Assembly: GCA_040954595.2 (NCBI GenBank)
Contig: CM082597.2
Span: 5,275,244 to 5,339,243, forward strand
Length of the DNA stretch: 64,000 nt
Source: Balanoglossus misakiensis
Taxonomy: Eukaryota > Animalia > Hemichordata
Direction of reading: 5' to 3'
Below, in pieces: positions 54,547 through 64,000 of the stretch (position 1 is the stretch's first letter; each line of letters opens with the position of its first letter). A program made the translations under genes and the position numbers. The notes beneath the pieces are model-generated. The model saw only the letters and a list, made by a program, of their open reading frames with translations. It ran no database searches and was not told the DNA's origin.

Positions 54547-55655
54547 TGGAGTGTGGAATCGATTTTTCCTCTTTTTCTCATGACTAACGTCCCCGGCGAG
54601 ATGAGCATACTGACAATCTGACTAAATTCTTGACAGAGTTTTCTCGTATGAATACAGGAAAAAATGCACCAACCATGCAGGGAAGCATGTGCGCAGTTGA
54701 GATCATACGTTTCTCAGAGTGGCCTACCGACAACATCTTCCGGCCTGGCGTAGACCTCGTTCGGTAAACCTACGACAGTTGTAAACCTCGACAACTGTAA
54801 ACCTAGTGTCACACACCTAGAGCGTTATAACTTTAAAACACCACCAACGCTCCGACCAGACTCAGAACGAATGTATCCCACCATTGGTGGGATACATGAC
54901 AGTAGTTTTAAATTAAGCCTCCTTAGAGTATGTCGAGAAGCCAAAATCGGCATTCATTTTCGAACTTCAAGAGATTCTCGCATGGTCTTTATATGGAAGG
55001 GAGTTCTCGTGACACAGAACAGACAACACTGAGACATGGAATTTTTGCATAGATTTATTCATGTCCTCCAAGAAATAGATCTAACAAGTGATACCAATTC
55101 CTTAATTGCTAAATACAGTACACAAGCTTCAGAAAAACAGATGAATCCATTTAAAAGAATAAGTTGACTTTTCTTTCATCACTCGGTACACAACCCAGTG
55201 ATATCACCTTTTTCCTGTTACTGAGATATCGTCACTGTCCTGGAACTACCAATCAATTATCGACTGATATTCATATTATTTCATATAATTTATTCATATA
55301 TGCAGGTTATTCACATCTAGAATTCACCACGTTAAAGTTTTTTTTACCAAAATCACTTCAAATTTTAATTTTAGACAAGCAATATTATCAAAATGTCCGA
55401 ACCATACATTCAGTCCTTGTACAAAGATTAAATGAACTTGGTTGTGGCATGTCTAGCCTAATGAGTCCAGATAGGAAAACAAAATTGCCGCTCGTCCGCC
55501 ATATTACATTGTATCCCAAAACAAATTCCCATGTATATGTTAGTCATCATATATTATCCCTGCACCACATGTTAATGAAATCAGTAAAGGAATGACTACA
55601 GTTTTCAGGATCAACCATACACGGATGCACAACTCATGATTAATAATTATAGTTC

Positions 55656-56558
55656 TCACTGATATGGAATGTTAGAGTTGGCATCTTTCACTTTCTTCCC
55701 GATTACAGCGTCGAATAGTTCGCTTTGTGCAACGGTAAAGTGGTTTTTCCAATCACCAACAACTCCTTTGCGAACCCAGGGGTTTTGTCCCTTGGGTACG
55801 GTTTCGTCATCCATGTACACTATATCCAATGGGTCACTTTGACTCATAACTTCAAAAGACGTGGAATTAACCACTCGTTTGATGTCTTCTTCAGTTACAG
55901 GTCGCTCCAGAAAACGCGCTATTTTCTGGATGACCTGTGAAAGGTCTTCTTTCATTTCTTCGTACGTAACGTGGAGTACATTGTCGTCAACTCCAAATTT
56001 AAACCAGTCGATGACATGCTTAGACCATGGTGCGTACGGAATCTCATCTTGCATGAAAGATTGAACGGTTTGATCCCAATTCCCATGTGACAAAGCACCT
56101 TGTGCAAACGACTTGAAAAAGTGGAATGACGAAACACAGACATCTTTGGGGTTGCGACTGATATAGATAACCTTTGCCCCATGGTCTTTCATTTCTTGCA
56201 GGGGGAACATAGTGGCCGGTAAGTGAGACACCATTAAACGCGGCGATGGAATCTTGTCGATATCGGTAGATTCTACAGCTTGTTGACGTGTTTTAGTGAA
56301 ATGCACTTTGAATGTGAAGTGTTCGTCAAGGAACGTCGGTTCACCCTTCCCGCCAAACAGACACAGCCCCCAGTCACTGTACATGGACTGCACGGCTTTT
56401 CTAAGCCACGTATTACCAGACTTCATAAATCCACAAATCACCACGTCGTCTTTCCGAAATTTATAGCCACGGAGTCCTCCATTTTCCAGTTTTTCCTCGT
56501 CATAATACGGAGGAAATGTGTATCCATCCACGTTCATGTAGTTTACTGGACTTGCCAT
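55656..56558 (-). CDS. Cytosolic-type sulfotransferase, copy F, intronless, inverted relative to the rest of the cluster
   Basis: ATG at 56558; GFMKSGNTW, LMVSHLP, RNPKDVCVS, RKGVVGDWKNHF. Confidence 0.92.
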   Translation of the reverse strand: MASPVNYMNVDGYTFPPYYDEEKLENGGLRGYKFRKDDVVICGFMKSGNTWLRKAVQSMYSDWGLCLFGGKGEPTFLDEHFTFKVHFTKTRQQAVESTDIDKIPSPRLMVSHLPATMFPLQEMKDHGAKVIYISRNPKDVCVSSFHFFKSFAQGALSHGNWDQTVQSFMQDEIPYAPWSKHVIDWFKFGVDDNVLHVTYEEMKEDLSQVIQKIARFLERPVTEEDIKRVVNSTSFEVMSQSDPLDIVYMDDETVPKGQNPWVRKGVVGDWKNHFTVAQSELFDAVIGKKVKDANSNIPYQ

Positions 56559-57855
56559 GCTGATATCACAGACTTTTTTCAACACACTTGCAAAGGCTAT
56601 TCTCAGCACGTTTTGCAGATTGGGCACCTGTCGTTGTGTTAACAATGTATGTCACGATGACCTGTACACGCATGTATTTAAGTGGTACTTGCTGGCAACA
56701 ATTTCCTTAAGGGTGTGTTCGTCATATTTTGAACGTGGTGACCATGTGGTGAATATCTCTCAAGTATTTAATTATATAAACAACAGTACTTCAATCAGAT
56801 TTAGGTCCATCTCATTGCATACGATCAACAAATACGACTAAAGAAGATGTTACGTTTTCAGGGTTAAGTCAAATTAACCCTTCGATCGCCATGGTTTGTT
56901 CCAAACCCATTGTCCCCAATGGCAGTGGTGGACTTGTGTACAGGTATATAAGGGTTAAAAGGTTAAACTTGAGGTAACCAGTGCATAGAAGAACACGTAA
57001 CTGGAATGTGTGTGTTGGGGCTATATTCAGTGCTGAATCTATAGGCCTGAAATTCGCTATTTCTTGTGAAGGTATAGTAATTGTGCTGTCTCTCATAAAA
57101 TATGAATGTACCACTGGTCTGTTTCTCACACAGGAACTAATTTTTCCAATGTTTATACGCTGATGTGTGGGATAAAATATAAAACCACTTAACAGAATGA
57201 CAGACTATCAAATGATGTTTTAAAATGTGTTTTATTCTCTCAAAACCTTGTAAAATCGGCCTGGGTTGGATTACCTGATTGTGAACTGTCATTGTAAATT
57301 GTGAGTATTTAGGCACTTTGCCTTCCATAGCTGTTAAAAGTAGCAATAATGGTATCTACAGTTCTCTATGTCGATCATGTGTAAATCTGCAGTTTTGAAA
57401 TTTTGGTCAAAACTCTTCGTGATCATTCATCTACGGTGAAGTATTAAGAACACAAGACCATTGATGGACCAGAAATTTGATATAACAAAACAGGTGATTC
57501 TGTTTTTCATCTGACATGAAATGATGCTGTATTTGACATTTTTTAAACTCACAAAATACCCTTTCGTCACCTTTGCCCAATTGACATTCGACTTAAATTG
57601 TTGTTCAATAGCCATTGGACAATTTTCATAAGAATGTATAATGTTAGCCCTTTTATCATCATGGTTTGGTCCATGGTGTATGGTCAAGTTGGACCTCTTT
57701 ATTGGGAACTGGGGTGAAAGGATTAAAATAAAACAAGATGAAGATTCCACACAAAATTGCAATGGATTAAAAAGGTTTTTATGTCTGATTTTCAGATGTA
57801 AGAACTCAAGATTTTTCTATAGTTCACAAAGTGACTTGAAAGATTTCGTCAGTTT

Positions 57856-60800
57856 TTAGGCCTTTAGTAAAGCATGGACCACAGCCTTGACATTGAGATT
57901 TTTCAGGTCGCGGTAAGTTTGACCTGTGCCGACGAAGACTATGGGCTGGCCTGTTGTGTAGGTCATAGATATAGCAGCTCCAACCTGAAAATCAAAATCA
58001 AAAATATATCATCTTTCACTAAAAATGAATTCTTTTATATATAAAAGGGCTAAATTATAATAATATTATATTGATTTCTTATATAGCACATTACACAATA
58101 CATCGCAATGTGCTGTACAGTTTTTCCCCTTGTAATTTTGAGATTCTGGTGTTAGAAAACATACTGTAAAACACTTTATTTTCGCGAGTTCAATATTTCG
58201 CGATATCGAGAGAGGCCAGTGTTTCGCGAGTATTAATTTTCGTGTTCTCTTATTTCATTCACTGCATCGTTATCTTCAAAAACAATTTACGTACATTTTT
58301 ATTTCATGCTATTTTGGCTTTCGCGTATTTGGCGAAAATTAATTGCTTGCGAAAATAAAGTGTTTTACAGTATTGTGAGTACTTTAAGGCAGCCATACCT
58401 TGTCATCAATAGTGTCAAACTTGGTGAGGAGTATACCATCAATCAGGCGTGGATTTTCCATGTTAGAATGATCCGCCAATGCCTGGTTGAACTTCACCAG
58501 CTGATCCACAGCTTCGTTGCCAACCAGTGCCTCGCCAACAAACATGACCAAGTCCGGCTGGTTGATTTTAATCAGCTGGTCAATGAAAGAACGATAAAAG
58601 TTGTAGGTGGGTAAGAGCAGTGAATGTCAAAAGGTTCTTTCTTCATCATTCCACCTCAACGTTGAGTTTAGTTCCAGCTACTCATTAATATACATGCTCA
58701 TCAATATTCATACTCATTAATATTCCTGCCTATTGCAAGTCATACCCATTGATCAATGCCTCAAAATGAGACAATAGACCAGACTGAGTAAACAATAGAG
58801 CCTACTGGCAGCCTTTGTTTGCTAGCTTTGTCATTTGAGTGCCGGTAGGGCCTACTATGACACTGTCGACCAGCATGGGGAGAACCCAGAGGTCCAACGT
58901 TACAATGGTAAACAATGGGTTTGGACTGAACCATGGTGGTGAAAGGGTTAAACATGTCAATTGATTATTGACCTCTCACCTTTGACAGTGACCTCATGAG
59001 CGGTTCATTGTCCTGCATACGCCCTGCGGTATCAACCAACACCACATCAATGCGACAATCCCGGGCTGAAAGAAAACCAACAAGACCATCTAAGAAAATG
59101 TCCAAAGTGTTTCACATCTGCAATAATCAGGCAAGTTCGACTAATATTGAATGCAAAAAAAAAAAAAAATCCAGTAAACAAAACACCCTTAACTGAATCG
59201 GTATCCTCTCTACCTTCTAAGAAATATAGCACAGATATTACATGGACAATTTCGAATAGAAGGCAATTTTTCATACCATAGGGACAAATTACTACAATTC
59301 ATCGAATGAGTGTTGGGTAACTGTTGTTTAATTTTGGGAAAACAACATGCCTTAGTATCATTAAAATTTATTGTACCATTATGCAAAGAAGTCAGTACTG
59401 TATGAGATATTCTTAGAAAGAAAACTAAATTCCCTAACTAATGCAAAATTTATGAAAATCTGTTAATTAGAACTAAAGGTGGGTCTTATCCTGAACTCAG
59501 AGATAGTGTGCCTTATACGTAACTCAGAGACTAGTGTAAAATAGGAAATTTTCGCGACAACTGTTACACGACGATCAATTTTCGCGTTCGCATATTTCAC
59601 AAACTGCACTGATATCTCTGAAAACATTTTTACGTGACTTATATTTTCACGTTTTTTTTGGCTCTCACGAAATTCGCGAAAATTCATCATTCGCAAAAAT
59701 TTCCCATATTACACACACTCACCATAATTGATAGCTTCCATAGCAATGCCGGCAGCATCTTTGCCATAGCCCTTCTCGTACAGCTGAACCATCTGTGTTC
59801 CGTCATGGGCTTCTGGTGGATGCAGGGCGTTCAGCTTGCGTGTGTGCGTCCTCAACTGTTCCACGGCGCCAGCTCGAAAGGTATCACAGGCTGCCACCAG
59901 CACACGGAAGCCATTCTCGACCAACCAGAAGCAGATCTGAAGCACACAATTCAGTTGCCATGGTTAATTCTATTCTAATACTTTAAAGGGACATTTAATT
60001 AAATAAATAAATAAACAAATTCACTGCAAAAATTATATCCAAGTGAATGAGTAGATTTTCCAGGTATTTTTCTTCTGTAATTTCTGTATATGGAGTCTGA
60101 AATAAAGTACTTAAGATAAATCATTAGGGTTTACTACACTAAGTTTGGTCGATAATGCATCGTATTTTGAGTGATGTCTGTATTTTGGCGAGTTGTGGAA
60201 GCAACAAGTCAAAATATGGACATCACAAGAACATGAGTGCCCATTGGATAACATGTGTTGTACATTAATCAAAGACTGTTTATCATCCAATCATTGCTCA
60301 TTTCTTATAACACTTTTGAGGCTGCATGAGTGTGGAATCGATTTGATCCAACAACTCTAAGCAAAAAACACTCGGCTGCCATGAATGCAAGAAAATACAA
60401 GGCCATATTACTGGCTGCATGCATGTTGAAAATGCTTCATAAAATCTGATATTCAAACTTTACCTTGGCCAGGTTGGTGGACTTGCCCACACCATTGACA
60501 CCACAGAATGTGATGACATAGGGATGATGTTGGTTTTTCGCGTCCAAGACATCTCGGAGGATATCAATACGTCGCTTAGGAGACAAGATCTGAACCAGGG
60601 ATTCATTCAGACTATTCTTGACAGTGGAGGTAACACCTGAAACGGAATATACAAAGGTGATAGTCTGTCAGCTATAAAGATCACAATTGCAGTAAAATCT
60701 TTCTAATCCGAACACGAAAGAAACTGAAGAAATTGTTCGGTTTGCAGAGGTGTCTGGTTTATAGAGGTTCATTCAACATGTGGTTCTGTCATAGGAACTG

Positions 60801-63207
60801 GAAAAGGTGTTCGGTAAAGACAGGTTTCCAGATTAGACAGAGTTTGGTTTAGACAGGTTTTACTTTATTTAAACATGTACCATATTCAGAACTGCTGTGA
60901 CTTTGTGCATGAATTTTGTATTGTCAGTCATATACTTTTAAGGTATACAGTCACCTCTGATTTATATATACCTATATATGGTCAAAGGTGTGTGTCCAAG
61001 TCTGATACCCAATGATGATAAATTCAATGAATTATTGCATACCCATCTTGCTGTAGTTTGGACACAAGTTTGCAAGATTCTACTTACGGTCAAATGTTCC
61101 CAGGACTTTGCCTTCTAGTTTAGTGGCCACGGACTCACACAGCTTATCGGCAATATCAGCTGCCACATTCTTAGCTGTAAACAAACAAATAAATACACAA
61201 ATAAACAAAATTGCTTAAATAATACATACAAGTTATGCAGACACAAAACAACAAAACATAATTTTCCAAGAAATGTTGCTGAAAATTTTGACTTGAATCT
61301 GAAATGGATGCAGCGCCTAGAAATTATTTTGAGACAAAAAATTAATTACATAAAAAGGCATCATCAGATTAAGACATCTAGAAATTCTCTAATAGGCATA
61401 GCGAACACTACTAACCAATCAGATGGTCCTTCATCTTATCAAGTGCAGGAGCAACATCTTCCCTGGTTAGGGTTTGAGATCCGACCAGACCCTTGAACAT
61501 ACTGAACATGCCAAAGCTGGACTTTGATGCACTGAAAACAACAGTGAATGGAATTGTTCAAGCAGTCAGTTGATGATAGAATATGTACGCTAACAGGTAT
61601 TATATGGTTGTAATTATATGTATGTGTTCTATGAATGCTCCAATGTATGTATGTATGTATGTATGTATGTATGTATGTATGTATGTATGTATGTATGTAT
61701 GTATGTATGTATGTATGCAAGTACATATACCATTTTGTACATTCAAACATCATACAGAAAGTCAGACATAACAGTAAAGTCTGACAAGACATACTGCATG
61801 TATTGAATCATGTTCGATCTCACCTCTTTGTAGCAGTTGCTGTCGTGCTCTCCTCCTCATACTCCTCGTATTCCTCTTCATCATCTGATGACTCGGTGTC
61901 TATATTTTCAAGCTCGCCTTTCATAGTGCCTACAAAGTTAATCTGGTCATGATATAACACAAAGGTTAAATTCACAAATAGAAAGTAATGGAAAATCAAG
62001 CAAGAAAACAGTGTCATGTACATTTAACCCAATTACATAATAACTACAATTGTTTGGTAAAGGGTAAGACACTGCAGAAATTGACTACAAAATTAATTAG
62101 TTTGTTGCATAACTTATACTCATGTAATTGTACGTATGTGTTCCAAACTATGAGTACTACTACAATGTATGTATGTATGTATCTATGGTACAGTTTTATT
62201 TGCCATTGCAGAACATAACACTTACTGCATCTTGTATGTCTGTTTCATTGACTCCATTAGTTCCTATGGCATCTTGATCTTTGGGATCACTGAAATCCAA
62301 CGTCTTAGCATCCTTTGAAGAACCACCGTGTTCCCAGACACGGGCTTGTTTCCCTTTCTTCTTTGGTTCCTTAGATTTGGTTTCTAAACCATTTTTACTA
62401 AAATGAGAAAGATATGTATACAAGTATACCTAAATAAGGTGGATGATATAATTATTTTCCATGGTTAGTACGTTAAAAATTCGTTAAATTCAGGACTGCT
62501 TAATTTAAAAAAAAACTAATAGAAACATACCTGACTTTTTTCTCTTTGCCTTTCATCTTATTAAACAGTCTTTCTCTGTTCTTCAAGATCTCATCTTCAT
62601 TCAGCAAAGCATCGTTGCTCTTGTTGCCGTTGACAACTGGTGCCGATACTGTGCTTGCAGTTTTAATTTCAGTTTTCGCAGCTGTGTATTGAAAATAAGT
62701 TTATATCAGAAGAGCTTTATATCATTTTTAACAAGCTCTACAACTCTTCAAAACTTATTCACAACTTACCATTTTTCTTATTTTTATTTTCTTTTTCTTT
62801 TCCCTTGTCGTCCTTCTGATCACTGATGATCATGGAGGAAACTTTCTTCTTTGACTTTTCTGACTCTTTAAAAGTTCTCATCTGGAACAAAACAAATAAA
62901 AGTCCATTCTTTAACCCTTTTCACTACAATGGTTTGGTCCAAACCGATTGTTTTCTTTGAAGTCGGACCTCTATACTGTGAAATGGGGATGATTAGGGTA
63001 ACAAACCTGCTTTGGTTTTTTAGCATCTACTTTACTAGACTCTTCAGCTGCTCTCAACATCTTCTGGAAAATTTCCGTGAAATCATTATAGGATCGGCTG
63101 ACATTCCGGTCTTTCAAGGCATCCTTGTATTTATCCCGGAATTCTTGGTGGACATCATCAATAAACTTGTCCACATATGACAATGTCAGAATCTTTTGAT
63201 ATGCAAC
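57856..63207 (-). CDS. SRPRA: Signal recognition particle receptor subunit alpha; first exons lie beyond the window end
   Basis: Exons 63207-63007, 62881-62770, 62681-62531, 62397-62226, 61942-61824, 61531-61416, 61174-61088, 60636-60464, 59936-59723, 59065-58980, 58575-58399 and 57984-57856 join in frame. Motifs: [14 protein letters not shown] (SRX), [15 protein letters not shown] (G1), [41 protein letters not shown]. Confidence 0.96.
58164..58370. mobile_element. TA-flanked MITE in an SRPRA intron
   Basis: Perfect 22-bp TIR CTGTAAAACACTTTATTTTCGC, TA on both sides, internal TTCGCG repeats. Confidence 0.85.
59534..59714. mobile_element. Related degenerate MITE in an SRPRA intron
   Basis: GTGTAAAATAGGAAATTTTCGCGA versus TCGCAAAAATTTCCCATATTACAC inverted ends; TTCGCG-rich interior. 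Confidence 0.65.
60690..60865. mobile_element. Degenerate Tc1/mariner-like MITE (CAGTAAAA... ends)
   Basis: CAGTAAAATCTTTCTAATCC versus GGTTTAGACAGGTTTTACT; internal AGACAGGTT subrepeats. Confidence 0.5.
61643..61716. repeat. (ATGT)n microsatellite in an SRPRA intron
   Basis: Direct reading of the sequence. Confidence 0.95.
62911..63001. mobile_element. ~90-bp piggyBac-like MITE (TTAACCC...GGGTTAA family), one of about 8 copies in the window
   Basis: Shared core ATGGTTTGGTCCAAACC.ATTGTT..GGACCT; other copies near 3712-3800, 10155-10245, 16899-16991, 56874-56966, 57643-57726, 58880-58951 (reverse) and 63777-63879. Confidence 0.7.
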
Positions 63208-64000
63208 CTACAGGTAAAAGAATAATTTCAAAGTTAAAGGGTCAGTCTGACAGTACATGTAAGTTAAGTTCTTGATAATTTTTTTAAAACCATTTTTATC
63301 CAATACATTTTCTTGTCCTACTCTACAGACAAAAGAATGTTTTCATATTTAAACGGACAATAACTTTAGCTTTTGATAAATATGGTTGGTAATGGGCATC
63401 ATTTTATTCAGTACAGTTTTTTGTTGTACTCCCTACAACATGAAATTCCCAGTTTTCACTTTTTGTCACCAAAGCCAATATGTATGTAAACATATTACCA
63501 GTAATTTTAATGTTATTATTAACAACCAAATTTCAGTCTGGACAAAAATTCATACGTCAACAATTACAGTTCAGTTTAAACATAATATGTTGATAAGCTG
63601 AATACTTTGCCTTTAAACATGCTTTATTTGAAAAATTCAATTATTTAAACCAAATCAGTTTATTCATAAATCCCCTTTCACACAGTTAATACTTGATTAA
63701 TTTAGACTGACTCCATCATTTTGTCCAACGGTTTGCTAGCATTAATAACTAAACTGGACTATAATGAACAATCCCCAACCCTTTCCCCATCATTGTTCGG
63801 TCCAACGTCCAATTGTTTTCCATGGTAAAGCTGGATTTCTACACATATGATACAATGGGAGGCAGAGGTGAAAGGTTAAAGTTCAAAGTGATAACATATA
63901 TGCCACAGACCGAGCCTTTGGATTTCCAATCAATATACATGACAATCACCTAACTGGGAAAAATAGTTCATCTTTAATTTTACGATAAAAGTACAAAGCA

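Noticed and set aside
36821-56558. Horizontal transfer from bacteria as the source of the intronless KSGN sulfotransferases
   Set aside because: RNPKDVCVS, YEEMKEDL and the RKGxxGDWKNHFTVAQ dimerisation region are typical of animal cytosolic SULTs; a phylogeny would be needed to revive the idea.
36730-56642. Recurrent antisense ORFs over each sulfotransferase
   Set aside because: They recur only because the sense genes are paralogous; there is no independent coding evidence.

Overview
AT-rich animal genomic DNA with GT-AG introns. Gene set and exon structures suggest an invertebrate deuterostome; the taxon is inferred, not shown. In order, the window holds: (1) the 3' half of a BACE1-type membrane aspartic protease (+, to 4113); (2) a complete GLB1L2-like GH35 beta-galactosidase (-, 11214-21571) with a duplicated pair of exons that must be spliced mutually exclusively; (3) a head-to-head USF3-like bHLH gene (+, 23165-33078) with a 6.7-kb terminal exon; (4) seven intronless cytosolic-type sulfotransferase copies (36.8-56.6 kb); (5) most of SRPRA (-, 57856 to beyond the window end). 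The sulfotransferase cluster looks actively remodelled. It has a near-identical 2.5-kb tandem duplication, a third unit whose gene is replaced by a 3-kb TIR element, a frameshifted copy, an inverted copy, and an unusual KSGN PAPS-loop in all copies. There are also many MITEs, a nested Tc2-like element and a solo LTR. The best candidates for new biology are the frame-enforced exon switch in the beta-galactosidase and the element-associated birth, death and promoter shuffling in the sulfotransferase array. No RNA genes or CRISPR arrays were supported.
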